From Hormiphora californensis (Eukaryota; Animalia; Ctenophora), in assembly GCA_020137815.1 (NCBI GenBank), contig CM035355.1, positions 3,720,001 to 3,784,000 of the forward strand: DNA of 64,000 bases, given 5' to 3'. The translations under genes and the position numbers were made by a program. The notes under the pieces are model-generated. The model did not search any database. It saw nothing but the letters and a program-made list of their open reading frames with translations, and was not told where the DNA came from. This document shows positions 12,475 to 24,067 of the stretch, one piece after another (position 1 is the stretch's first letter; each line of letters opens with the position of its first letter).

Positions 12475-15400
12475 TTATCGTTTCTCGGAGTTTTTCTTTT
12501 CCTCTATCCTCCGTCTCTCTTTTTCTTGCCGATACCGTTTCAGCTCCTCCTTTTCGCTGCTTGTGTAGATAGGATCAGCTAACCCAATCTTGGTTAGTGC
12601 ATCCTCTTTTCCTCTCGGCTTCCTCAACGGCTTGCCTGGCACGTTGAAATTCGGTTTGTCCTTGACTCTTTGCTCGGACGTCGTGGGTGGTTCTGGTTCT
12701 GGTTCTGGTTCTGTTACCACCGCTGGTTGAGTCTCCACATCTGGTTGACTCTCAACTGTAGGCTGTGTTTCCTCTGTAACTGGTTCTGGTGTCTGCTCCT
12801 CCGTTGCAGTAGCATCCAGAGCATCTAGAAACTCATCAGCTCTACTCTCGTTTCCTGATTCCGCTTCCACTGGCGCAGGAATCACTGGCTGTACTGTTGG
12901 AGGTTTATTCTTGCCTTTGCTTGGTTCTCCTCCCAATGTTTCGTAGGTCAATCTCTCCGTAGTTTTCCTCTTTCTCCCAGACTTCCGCGTTGGTGCTGCA
13001 GGTGTAGAACTCTCTACTGGAGTTGGAATGATGTTCTGTTGGATGTTGGCAGTGGACTGTGTTTCAGTAGTGTGTTCCACTTGCGGTGTATTCTCTCGGA
13101 GGTTGGGGCGATGTGTGTTGATGGTTTGCCGGTTCCGTGTTGTAGTAGGAAAGTTGTCATCATCATCGTCCGAATCTGAGTCCGAATCATCTCCTCCTGA
13201 TGTTGCTGATGTAGGAGCTGTTTCATAGTCGCTCTCCTTAGGTATGTCATCAGATTGTTGGATGGTATTTTTCTCACTAGGCGAGAACTTGTTAGTTTTG
13301 TAATGTTTCATTTTTTCAATGTTGACTAGTTTTTGTGAGTCACCGATTTTCACAATGTAGTTGTGATCAGATAATTTCTCTGTGATCAGATATGGACCTT
13401 CAAATCGTGGTAACCATTTGTGTTGGTTTGGTTTGATGAGAAGCATACAATGTTGTCCTTTCTCAAAATATGGACCTTTGATATGTTTATCATATGCTGC
13501 TTTCATATGTTTTGCCTTTTCTTGTATGGCATGTATAACATTTCGTGAGATTTTCTGAGCACTTATGTATGTGTTATAGATGTTCTGTTGTTTTGAAATG
13601 TCACAGATATCATGTTGCAAGTTGTCTGTCCTTTCATTGTCCAGTGTAAACAGATCTCTAGGAGCTGTTAATTCTCTAGAGAAGACAAGAAAGTTTGCAG
13701 AATGTTTGGTTTTTGAATTTTTCAATGAGTTCAAGGTAAATGTAATGTAACCTAACCATTGGTCGAAGTTTCGTTGTTGTTGAGTATCAAGACATGTTCT
13801 GATACACGTGTTGATGCGTTTGTTCATGGCCTCGCATAAACCGTTAGCTTGTGAATGCCATGGTACACCATGTTTACTTTGTATGTCAAACATTTTTAAC
13901 ATAGATTGGAATAGTTTTGCAGTGAATGCTGATCCCAAATCATGCCTCAGAGATTTCATAACTCCAAGTCTTTGGATCCAATCTCTCACTATGATTTTAG
14001 CTGCTTCTTCTGCACCAGTTGATTTTACCGGTGTGGCAACTACATAATTTGAATACTGATCTACCATGACCAGAATGGCTGTGTAACCCCGTGCATTCGG
14101 AGTTTTTGATCTTTCTAAGAAATCAATTGCTACACACTGACCAAATTCAGTGTAAACCATAGGTTTGAGTGGTGCTTTCTTGAAACTATGTGGTTGCTTT
14201 GATTTAGCACAAGTGATACATGCATCACAATAAAGTTGGAATGTTTTTCTCATTTTGTAGAAATAGTATTTTTGTTGACAACTAGTCAGTGACAACTCTG
14301 GTCCAGAATGGCCATTTTTATCATGAAATGTGTACAAAATGCGTTCCACCAATGTGTGTGGCAGTACTACAATTTCGTTCAATATTCCCTGATAAGAGTC
14401 AAAAGTAGACTTTTTCAATAGACCGTTTTCAAACTTCAGCTCATCTATTTGCTGCCAATAATGTCTCAATTCGACTGGTGTTTTGCTAGACAGTCTCTTC
14501 GGGATGTTACCGTGTTTGATCCAGTCAATAACAGTCGACAGTGTGTTGTCGTATTGATAGTCATCTCTGATTTCAGAAATTGTTACAGGTGATTCCCTGG
14601 CTAACACCTTGTTTATATGTGCAATTCCCTCAGGAATTAATTGTTCGTCAGTGGCAAATTTAACTGACTTAGTGTTTGAGTTTACAGTTTGAGTTCCCAT
14701 GGTTTTTGTTTTGGTAACTGGGTGTCTGCTCAAATAATCTGTCATGCTCATGTCAACAGAATTTCCAGCTATATGTTTAATTTTAAAATTGTATTGTTCT
14801 AGTTCCGCTAGTTTTCTATGTATGTAGCTGCTTTCATTTTTGAAAATGGTACGGAGATTTAGTAGTGCCTTACAGTCTGTTAGAACTGTGAATTGTTTGT
14901 TACCCATCAGGTACATACGGTAATGTTTTAGAGCGTGACACAGACCAAGAAATTCAAGTCTAGTAGCTCCAAATTTTCTTTGGTGTATGGGTACAGCTTT
15001 TGACCAAAAAGAAACGGTTCTTTTCTCTCCATTGATGTTTTGGTTTAATGTAGCGCCATGTCCAATGTTACTGGAATCAATGGTTAGTTCATAGAATTGA
15101 TCTGGATGTCTGTTATCCGGGATGACTAAGACAGGTGCAGAACTCAAACTATGTTTTAACCTGTTGAATGCTTGTATGGCTTCATTCGACCAAACAAATT
15201 TCTCTTTTTTCCTCAGTAAATTGTAAAGAGGGGCAGCAATTTTGCTGTAATTTTTTATGAATGCTCGGTTGTAATTAATTGCTCCAAGGAATTTTTGTAG
15301 CTCTTTGACTGATTTCGATGGTGGTAGCTGTTGAATTGCTTCCACCCTATCTGGGTCAATTTGTAGTCCATTTTTATCAATTATGTGTCCAAGAAATTTC

Positions 15401-17031
15401 ACTTTATTTCGGAAAAGTTGTGTTTTAGAAGGACTGATTTTGAGTCCACCGAATGAAAGTCTCGCCAGGACAAATTCAAGCCGTCGTAAATGTTCTTCAA
15501 TTGTGTTGCTGCCAATTAACACATCATCCAGAAAGCAAATGAGTGCTTCAAATGGTACTCTTTGAAATAATTGTGCCATACATTTGGCAAAGATGCTGCT
15601 GCTAGAGCAATGTCCCATGATAAGTCTCGCCCATTGGTAACGAGTATTTTTATATGTGAATGCTGTGAGGGGTCTGCTTTCCTCATCTAGTTTAATTTGG
15701 TTGAAACCCTTGGTGAAATCAAAGGATGTTAACCATTCGCATTCGTTCATGTTATTCATGACTGTGTTTATGTTTGGTAATTGAAAAGTATCAGGTATGC
15801 TTTCCTTGTTTAGTTGTCTCAGATCCTGTACCACTCTGTATTTCTTGGTACCTGGTTTTTGAACTAAGAAGACTGGGCTGTTCCATGCCCCAGAATTTTC
15901 GCATTCTTGAAGTTGTCCAGAGTCTACCAATGTCATGAGTTCCTTTTCCATAACGTTTTCTAAGTTATATGGAACTTGTCTAGTCGGGATCCATTTGGCG
16001 ACATAATCATGTTTCAATTTGAGAGATGCCTCGAAGAATGTGGCAGTTCCGAGATCAAATTGATGTTTTGAGAAACAATGAGAATAATTTTCCAGCAATT
16101 GTTTTAATTCTTGTTTATGGTTATCGCTTATTTGGAGATCATTTACTCCCAGTTGTTCAAATAGCTTGTCCATGTCCTGCCATTTGTCTTTATTTCTTGT
16201 CACCTCTTCCGGTTCTGCTTCTGGCAGACGAGGTATGTTAATGTTTGCATCATAGCTGTCTAATTTGTTGACAGTTTGTCTGTATGATTGATCCACAGGA
16301 ACCATGTTGCCAATTACCCTGTTTCTATGTAGGATAATGTCTTGTGGTAATGGATTCACACATCGTATTGGTATTTCATTCCCAGTGCTATGTGTCATGC
16401 TGTTTTGGATGCATATTCCAAGAGAGTGGGTTAATTTCGGATTGTTAAAAACAATACCCTCATGTGTTTTTTCACTGTTGCGCATGGATAATTTAGCAAC
16501 AAAATGTGTAACACTGTTAGCAGGAATGGTAATTCTCTTTTTAATCTTAATTCTGCATTGTTGTGGTAGATTTGTTGGGTAATTGCGAGCTTGTATTTTA
16601 CCATATCGAGTGTGGATTGTTTGTTTTGCCACATCAATACGCATATCAAGTTGCTCCATTAAATTTGTACCAGCCAATATGTCGTCTGGTAGATTGTCCA
16701 TTACAATGAATTTTTGTTTGACCTCTGTTTTGGCCACTGTGATGTTTAAATGAATTTCACCTTTAGTCAACAATTTCATGTTCGAGAGACCTTTAATGAT
16801 TGTTGCTGTTGGTTGAATATGGTCCAACATGTTGAGTTGATGTATGATCCGTGTGCTGATCAGACTTGCTCCTGCTCCTGTGTCTAGAAACATGTTAAAA
16901 GGTTTGTTTGACACATATGCTGTCACAATTAATTGTTTTGAATTGTTCGGGCTCGGGTTGCAAGTATTGTTGTATGTTGGCTTCTTTATGTTTGAAGTAG
17001 CTGTTCTGTTGCAACCCTGTTCTAGTTTAAA
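12475..17031 (-). CDS. pol: Gypsy Pol (protease, RT, RNase H, integrase with GPY/F, long acidic tail)
   Basis: FLDTGAG, FLDDVLIG, TIDSS/VLTDCKAL, HDKNGH...CITC, DDE, FEGPY. Confidence 0.95.
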   Translation of the reverse strand, partial: FKLEQGCNRTATSNIKKPTYNNTCNPSPNNSKQLIVTAYVSNKPFNMFLDTGAGASLISTRIIHQLNMLDHIQPTATIIKGLSNMKLLTKGEIHLNITVAKTEVKQKFIVMDNLPDDILAGTNLMEQLDMRIDVAKQTIHTRYGKIQARNYPTNLPQQCRIKIKKRITIPANSVTHFVAKLSMRNSEKTHEGIVFNNPKLTHSLGICIQNSMTHSTGNEIPIRCVNPLPQDIILHRNRVIGNMVPVDQSYRQTVNKLDSYDANINIPRLPEAEPEEVTRNKDKWQDMDKLFEQLGVNDLQISDNHKQELKQLLENYSHCFSKHQFDLGTATFFEASLKLKHDYVAKWIPTRQVPYNLENVMEKELMTLVDSGQLQECENSGAWNSPVFLVQKPGTKKYRVVQDLRQLNKESIPDTFQLPNINTVMNNMNECEWLTSFDFTKGFNQIKLDEESRPLTAFTYKNTRYQWARLIMGHCSSSSIFAKCMAQLFQRVPFEALICFLDDVLIGSNTIEEHLRRLEFVLARLSFGGLKISPSKTQLFRNKVKFLGHIIDKNGLQIDPDRVEAIQQLPPSKSVKELQKFLGAINYNRAFIKNYSKIAAPLYNLLRKKEKFVWSNEAIQAFNRLKHSLSSAPVLVIPDNRHPDQFYELTIDSSNIGHGATLNQNINGEKRTVSFWSKAVPIHQRKFGATRLEFLGLCHALKHYRMYLMGNKQFTVLTDCKALLNLRTIFKNESSYIHRKLAELEQYNFKIKHIAGNSVDMSMTDYLSRHPVTKTKTMGTQTVNSNTKSVKFATDEQLIPEGIAHINKVLARESPVTISEIRDDYQYDNTLSTVIDWIKHGNIPKRLSSKTPVELRHYWQQIDELKFENGLLKKSTFDSYQGILNEIVVLPHTLVERILYTFHDKNGHSGPELSLTSCQQKYYFYKMRKTFQLYCDACITCAKSKQPHSFKKAPLKPMVYTEFGQCVAIDFLERSKTPNARGYTAILVMVDQYSNYVVATPVKSTGAEEAAKIIVRDWIQRLGVMKSLRHDLGSAFTAKLFQSMLKMFDIQSKHGVPWHSQANGLCEAMNKRINTCIRTCLDTQQQRNFDQWLGYITFTLNSLKNSKTKHSANFLVFSRELTAPRDLFTLDNERTDNLQHDICDISKQQNIYNTYISAQKISRNVIHAIQEKAKHMKAAYDKHIKGPYFEKGQHCMLLIKPNQHKWLPRFEGPYLITEKLSDHNYIVKIGDSQKLVNIEKMKHYKTNKFSPSEKNTIQQSDDIPKESDYETAPTSATSGGDDSDSDSDDDDDNFPTTTRNRQTINTHRPNLRENTPQVEHTTETQSTANIQQNIIPTPVESSTPAAPTRKSGRKRKTTERLTYETLGGEPSKGKNKPPTVQPVIPAPVEAESGNESRADEFLDALDATATEEQTPEPVTEETQPTVESQPDVETQPAVVTEPEPEPEPPTTSEQRVKDKPNFNVPGKPLRKPRGKEDALTKIGLADPIYTSSEKEELKRYRQEKERRRIEEKKNSEKR

Positions 17032-17981
17032 TTTCGCCTGTTGCATTGAGCTATGTAGTGCCCGTGTGTTCCACAGCCATAGCATTTACCCTGGCCTCCA
17101 TTTCTGTTATAAGGGTAGGGCGATTTGGGTCGGTATTTTCCCCAATTATTTGATCTGTCTCTCGAGCTGCTTCGGTATCTATTTCCGTAGCCATTTCTGT
17201 TGTAGTCCCTTCCTCGGCTGTTGCTTCGTTCATATCTTCTTCCTCGGCTGTTGCTTCTGTTGTAATTTCTTCCTCGGCTGTAGTCAGATGTTGCTGCGAC
17301 TTGTTGCACTTCCTGTTCCTCAGCTTTGAAGATTGGTGTTTCATTTTGCTTCACCAAGATGTTGACGGATTCGAGATGTTTTGCCAGTTTCATAGCCTCC
17401 TCAAAAGAACCGCAAACTGCTTCGTTCAATTTTCTTCGGATGGTTGTGTCTCTCAGTCCTCGAAGTAGCACAAGTAGTGCGATGTCACCAGCCTGTTCAA
17501 CTGCTCCATATGCTGATCTCGCTTTCTCCTTGATGGCGTTGCAGAACTGTGTAATGTTCTCATTTGGTTCTTGTTTCAGGTTCATGAGCTGTTGTTTCAT
17601 TGATGTTTGGTTGTATCCCATGTATTCATTTTTCAGGACAGAGCACAATTTCTCAGCATTACATTTCTGGGCAGGTGTTAGATTTGAAACTGCTTCTTTC
17701 AATGTTAGGTATGTATCATCGTCAACACAACGTAGAAAGAGAGTATCAAGATGTTCTCTATAGTTGTTCATTTTTATGTGGTCGATGAATCTCTCACAAA
17801 ATATGTTAAAACTTTCGCCAGTTTTAAATTTGGGTGGCTTGGTCAATGTATATCCGTTGTTATGGTGATGTGTAGAGGGAATTTTCATGCCTTCTTCTTT
17901 CATTTTAATCGAGATTTGATCCATCTCTAATTTTAATTGGTCCATTTTTTCTTGGAGTTCATGTTTAACATCATCACCCAT
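17022..17981 (-). CDS. gag: Gypsy Gag with CCHC zinc knuckle
   Basis: LKQEPNENITQF motif, CYGCGTHGHYIAQC. Confidence 0.93.
   Translation of the reverse strand: MGDDVKHELQEKMDQLKLEMDQISIKMKEEGMKIPSTHHHNNGYTLTKPPKFKTGESFNIFCERFIDHIKMNNYREHLDTLFLRCVDDDTYLTLKEAVSNLTPAQKCNAEKLCSVLKNEYMGYNQTSMKQQLMNLKQEPNENITQFCNAIKEKARSAYGAVEQAGDIALLVLLRGLRDTTIRRKLNEAVCGSFEEAMKLAKHLESVNILVKQNETPIFKAEEQEVQQVAATSDYSRGRNYNRSNSRGRRYERSNSRGRDYNRNGYGNRYRSSSRDRSNNWGKYRPKSPYPYNRNGGQGKCYGCGTHGHYIAQCNRRNLN
17025..17031 (-). promoter_or_regulatory. -1 ribosomal frameshift slippery site U_UUA_AAC (gag-pol)
   Basis: AAT TTA AAC TAG at the end of gag; pol is in the -1 frame. Confidence 0.8.
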
Positions 17982-18049
17982 GTTTGATGCTGGTTAGGTA
18001 AAACAGTGTTTACTTTTTATATGGTTCGAATTTATATCAAGGCTCCACT

Positions 18050-18577
18050 TGTTATGGTGGTTATGTGGTGATGTATGGGTGAGTATAATTTACTGGTTTA
18101 GGGAATAGGGTACACTAGATAACTACAGGTTACAGAAAGGCGAATAAATAAAACTAGCTCAATCGGGTATCCGTGGGAAAGGCAAGGAGGATAGCTTGGC
18201 GGTGCAGGGGAAGTAAGGGTCTTCGTTCCGCTAGGGAGATGGTGTGGGATAGTAGCGGATCGGTCCTGTTTCCAGTTCTTCATCTCGGTTATATAGTGCA
18301 GTGCCTTGTTTCCTCTGTCATCACGATAGACATAACAAAGATCGTAGGTTAAACATCTTATCGATTCTGCTTGACGTAGGTGCTTGACGTAGGTGCTCCT
18401 CGCAGTAATAATAAAGATGGTAGGTAAATCATCTTATCGTTCTTGCTTGACATCGTACTCCTCGAACTCATAACAAATAACATATAACAATCCATCAATA
18501 TAATCGTCTCCCAGGAATGATGTAATCTCTTCACGATTTATTCTGTGAAGTCAATGTGAAGGAATCATGATATAACA
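18050..18577 (-). repeat. 5' LTR of Gypsy element
   Basis: Followed on the - strand by PBS-like AGTGGAGCCTTGA. Confidence 0.95.
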
Positions 18578-21259
18578 TGACTTCCTGGGAACCCTCGAAG
18601 ACTCAGTACCCAAGGATACTACCATGGTTGCAATAGATATAGTAGCCCTCTATCCCAGTATAACCAACCAACTGGGCCGAGATGCAACTGAATACTGGCT
18701 GGATATGTATCCCGAACTCCTTGGAAACTTCAGCAAGGCATTCGTGATGAACCTCCTAGATCTGATCCAGAGCAATGTTTTCATGACATTCAACCATGAC
18801 ACCTTCCAGCAAGTGGAAGGGACGGCCATGGGCAAAGCACACGCCCCACCATATGCTAACTTGGTCGTGGCATTCTTGATCAACACAAAACTCCTACCCA
18901 TGATAACGAGCAGCCACAATGAAGAAGCAGCTTCGTACATCAACAAGCATATCAAACTATTTCTTGATGATGGGTTCCTCTTCCTGGATGAAAAGCAGAT
19001 CACAGCTAAAGACCTATTGGAGCACCTCAACCAAATGGACCCAGCTATCAAGTTTACTATGGACGTCTCCCCTACCGAGATACCGTTTCTGGATGTCCTA
19101 ATAAAACTCGAGCCTGACCTAGACAACCCTACGAGGACTACAATCATTACCGACATTTACAGTAAACCAACTGACAGCTTCAGCTACTTTCACTTCCAAT
19201 CGTGTGCACCTAGACACGTTAAACGGAACATTCCGTACACACTGGCCCGCAGAATCGCCACGATCGTATCCAGCAATGAACTAAAGGCCAAAAGACTCGC
19301 TGAACTCCGCCCCAAACTCCAACGCCGAGGATACCCAGAAAAACTAATTGGTGATGCTATCAACAAAGCTGGGTCACTGGAAAGAAAAACACTGCTCCAA
19401 ACAAATGAAAAAGAAGCAGCTCCAAGAGACCAGATAATCTTTACCAGTACCTACAACCCTACTATAGTAGACCCAGCCATACGTCTAAAACAGGCGTGTA
19501 TGAACCTCAAACATACCACTGCGAGCATGCCAACAAAGATAATTGCCGCACGCAGACAGCCACCAAACCTTCGTCGAATCCTCTCACTCTCCAAGAAGAG
19601 GGACCAATACATAGAACAAAATAAAACAGGGGGCCAACCATTCACCCGATGTGAGGATAAACGTTGCAAAACATGCCCAGCTAGTATTCAGGAGGGGAAC
19701 TTCACTACCCAAAATGGAACTGTACTCACCAGAAACCACACGATGAGCTGCAAAAGCAAAGACCTGATTTACCTGATCAGGGTCTGTCAGCAGTGTCGCA
19801 TAGTTTTCAAAATCTCCGCACAAACGACTAGCACAAAATGACAACATGCAAAGAATTGCTTGCTGCTCAGTTAGTTTTTATGTTAGCGACTTGAAACAAA
19901 GTACATCGTTTAGAGAATTTAATTGTCTATTTCTAGGTCAAAACTAGAGGAAAAATGAGCAGGTACAGGTGAAGTTAGAGAAATCTAAAAAAGGACCTCA
20001 AAAAAAGGTCTTTTCGACCAAATTTTTTGAAATCGCCTTAGCTCTGGAAGTAGGGCTGATCTCGAAAATCGGTGAAGTACAGTTTGAACAACTTTGTCTG
20101 AATTTTCACGTAATACCGGTTTTAACCTGATTGGATCAACCACCTATGAGCCTACCTCAAAAAACTTTGAAACAACCTGATTTTTTCAAAATTTCGCTCA
20201 TCCCGAGAATTTTGGAAAAGTGTCGCATCATTTTCGCGATTTTGATACGACACTTTCCCCCTGCATATAAATACCTGTATCTCTCTTCCTCTCTAGTTTC
20301 TACGCCACGATCTCACTTTTCTAGTGTATCGAGGAGGTTACACTGACTGGGGAGAGGGGGAGGCTGCACCGTTTGGTTGTGCTGCTGTAGAATATCTGGC
20401 CAGAAATAGGCTAAATATGTAACTAATTGATATCAAATCAAAAATCACTTTACCCGACTAATTTCGATACGCTGAATCACGTGAGCAACTTTTTAAAGCT
20501 CTCAGAGGTCGATAAAGTGCTATAATTGGGTCTAATTGACGAAATTACAACTTCTCCCCTAGAAACGCTATGAAGTGGTATGAGGGCAATGTACCCACTG
20601 ATTCGATACCATGATTAACATAAGCATCTTTCCTAAGCTCTCAATAGTGGATAAAGTGCTGTAATTGAGCATAATTGGGTCTAATCATAGCACTGGCAAG
20701 TGCCCCGGGCCCAAAAGGGGGGTGTGGGGGCGCAGCCCCCACCTTAAACGGGGGTGTGGGGGCAGAGCCCCCACCTTAGAAATACCCTCTAACTCAAAAA
20801 ATAAAAGAGAGAGCACACGGAACACTTCTACACACAAGCGTGTTAACCTGCCAGTGCTACCTGCCAGTGCTACTATATACCATTGCAAATTTCGGGGTTT
20901 TTGATGCTTTAAAAATGCATGTTCCAGATAAAGTAGAGGGATGAAATTTTGTACTCTAAGGGCCCTCATATAGGAGAAGAGGCATACAAAATTTCAGAAT
21001 GATCGGATGTAGGGTAAAAATTTGCCAGAGGGGTCCCAAAATGCAAAAATGTAAGGGATGGGACGGGAGGGGACGGGAGGGGAGGAGATTGAGTGTTCTC
21101 CTAAACCAGAAATAGTAGAGACTTGCCGTTTGGAACACTGGTTCCTTGCATTATTTGGCGTGGTATAGGCTATGTGAAAACTTCGAAATCGCCATAGTTC
21201 ATTAATTATTCATTAATTATTCATTAATTATTCATTTTAATAACTTAATTGCGTTATAT

Positions 21260-21720
21260 CTCCACTTCGGCTCGTCCTAAAACGTTTTCATGGGTATATT
21301 CCGACTCAAAATAGTCGATTTATGGGGGGTCGTCCCCCGGACAAAAATTCGTATCTCGCACCGTTTAGCCGTTATTTGCATATTTATGCTCAAATTCATG
21401 ATTTTATGCATATCCGTTAAAATGTCCACTTCGGCTGACCCTAGAACGTTTTCTTGGGTATATTCCGACTCAAAATAGTCGATTTGTGGGGGGTCGTCCC
21501 CCGGACAAAAATTCGTATCTCGCACCGTTTAGCCGTTATTTGTATATTTATGCTCAAATTCATGATTTTATGCATACCCTTTAAAATTTCCACTTCGGCT
21601 GACCCTAAAACGTTTTCTTGGGTATATTCCGACTCAAAATAGTCGATTTATGGGGGTCTTCCCCCAGACAAAAGTTCGTAACTCCCACCGTTTAGCCGTT
21701 ATATGCATATTTATATAGCA
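21260..21720. repeat. 164-bp tandem repeat (about 2.8 copies) inside a nested, possibly Helitron/Helentron-like, element
   Basis: Period of 164 shown by duplicated pseudo-ORFs at 21290 and 21454; class assignment is tentative. Confidence 0.75.
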
Positions 21721-21784
21721 TTCAGATCCCAAAATAAAATCAAGAAAAAAGCTGTCTCTTTTTTACACCAAAAAGAACAGAAAT

Positions 21785-22199
21785 TTAGTCCAAAAACCAA
21801 TTAAATAAATTAGTTTGGATGCCCGGGCCCATTTGGTGTCACGGGGGTAAAACCTTTAGGCTACTGTCATAAATGATGAATATCGAGAGAGATAAAGAAA
21901 AACAAATTGTGATATAAAGAGTGAGATATATCGAGAAAGACGGAGAGATAGTAAGAGAAATAAAAGAGAGAGAAAAAAAGAGAAAGAGGGAAATATGGAG
22001 GTGGAGAGTGGGAGAAAGAGGAAAAGAGGGAGAAAGAGATAGAGGGATGAAGAGAAAGAGAAAAGAAAAACGAGAGATGTGTATTGAAAAATAAACGAGA
22101 TATGCCATTATTTATGACAGTAGCCTAAAGGTTTTACCCCCGTGACACCAAATGGGCCCGGGCATCCAAACTAATTTATTTAATTGGTTTTTGGACTAA
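21785..22199. repeat. About 95-bp inverted repeat pair around a GA-rich spacer
   Basis: 21785-21878 is the reverse complement of 22106-22199; a related single module lies at 31417-31520. Confidence 0.8.
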
Positions 22200-24067
22200 T
22201 TGAGCAACATATAATTACAACTTTTCTCTGCAAACAATATAAGTTCATTAGGAGGCACTAATACCACGTTGATTTTGATATCCTGATTCACATGAGTAGG
22301 GCATGTGCATCTTTATATAATAAAATCTTGTTGGCGGAGAAACTGCTCTAATTGGGTATAATTGGTTAAAATTATAATTATTTCCAAGAAACGCTCTAAT
22401 TCCGTATGAGGGCACTTTCTCCAATCATTTGGATACCCTGATTTGAATGAATAACTATTCTAAGGTCTAAGTGGCGGAGAAAATGCTCTAATTGAGCATA
22501 ACTGGGTCGAATTTATCAAAATAATAACAATTTATCTCCTGTAGGGTGCCCTTTATATACTGCTTCTCTCGCAAATCAATGTGGTATTAGTGCCTCCTAA
22601 TGTATGTACTTATATTATGTTTGCAGGGAAAAGTTGTAATTATATGTTGCTCAATTAGACCCAATTATGCTCAATTAGAGTACTTTATCCACTATTGAGA
22701 GCTTAGGAAAGATGCTAATGTGAATCAGGGTATCGAAATCAGTGGCGTAAGTGCCTAAATTTGTCATGATAGCGTTTCCAGGAGAGAAGTTGTAATTTCG
22801 GGGGAATTTCGGTCAATTAGACCCAATTATGCTCAATTAGAGCACTTCCTCGATATCGGAGAGCTTAGAAAAGATGCTCATGTGAATCAGGGTATCTATT
22901 TCAGTGGGTACATTGCCCTCATACGACTTCATAGCGTTTCTAGGGGAGAAGTTGTAATTTCGTCAATTAGACCCAATTATGCCCAATTAGAGCACTTTAT
23001 CGATCCTCTGAGAGCTTTAAAAAGTTGCTCATGTGATTCAGCGTATCGAAATTAGTCGGGTAGAGTGATTTTTGATTTGATATCAATTAGTTGCATATTT
23101 AGCCAATTTCTGGCCAGATATTCTACAGCAGCACAACCAAACGGTGCAGCCCCCCCCCTCTCCCCAGTGAGTGTAACCTCCTCGATACACTAGAAAAGTG
23201 AGATCGTGGCGTAGAAACTAGAGAGGAAGAGAGATACAGGTATTTGTATGCAGGGGGAAAGTGTCGTATCAAAATCGCGAAAATGATGCGACACTTTTCC
23301 AAAATTCTCGGGATGAGCGAAATTTTGAAAAAATCAGGTTGTTTCAAAGTTTTTTGAGGTAGGCTCATAGGTGGTTGATCCAATCAGGTTAAAACCGGTA
23401 TTACGTGAAAATTCAGACAAAGTTGTTCAAACTGTACTTCACCGATTTTCGAGATCAGCCCTACTTCCAGAGCTATGGCGATTTCAAAATATTTGGTCGA
23501 AAAGACCTTTTTTTGAGGTCATTTTTTAAATTTCTCTAACTTCACCTGTACCTGCTCATTTTTCCTCTAGTTTTGACCTAGAAATAGACAATTAAATTCT
23601 CTAAACGATGTACTTTGTTTCAAGTCGCTAACATAAAAACTAACTGAGCAGCAAGCAATTCTTTGCATGTTGTCATTTTGTGCTAGTCGTTTGTGCGGAG
23701 ATTTTGAAAACTATGCGACACTGCTGACAGACCCTGCTGATAGTCTGTAGCGGATGTGGAGGAGAATATATTGGAGAAACAGGGAGAACCCTCAGTGAAC
23801 GAATGAATCTCCACCGCTCCCACATCAACAATATCGAGAATGGAAAGCTCCAAGTCTCCAAACATATCAGAAGATGTGCCTCGAATTTAGACACTAAGTT
23901 CAAAATTTTCCCCATTTTTAAGTGTGATCAAGGATCACACCATCACCGAGAGGTGGTCGAACAAGAATTGAGAGAGCTTGTCCGACCGTGTCTCCACTGA
24001 TGGGATGGTTGGGTGACACTCTAGCGCCAGCACTGTTACCAGGGAAGCCAACCTGGTCTGCACGTGC

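Larger units (their letters stand above)
11391..18577 (-). mobile_element. Full-length Ty3/Gypsy LTR retrotransposon
   Basis: 528-bp LTRs TGTTAT...ATAACA with about 4 mismatches, 4-bp TSD TGAC, PPT AAGGGGGATA, intact gag and pol. Confidence 0.97.
19778..23736. mobile_element. Non-autonomous foldback DNA transposon, about 0.9-kb TIRs (CAGGG...CCCTG), 5-bp TSD CTGAT
   Basis: TSD at 19773-19777 and 23737-23741; the empty site is preserved in the inverted PLE copy; no transposase ORF. Confidence 0.9.
10500..24000 (+). pseudogene. PLE RT-GIY-YIG ORF (about 781 aa reconstructed from 10500-11390 + 18582-19777 + 23742-24000), split by two nested transposons
   Basis: VFNFSDHIL, EADKGGATVIL, YGLPKIHK, PFRPIVS, AIDIVALYPSI, GTAMG..APPYANL, FLDDGF, PFLDV, YSKPT, C-x4-C-x2-C, GIY-YIG; frame is restored when the inserts and one TSD copy each are removed. 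Confidence 0.92.

Noticed and set aside
20131-20346. ORF duplicated at 23123-23383
   Set aside because: Chance ORF within the TIRs; no transposase motifs
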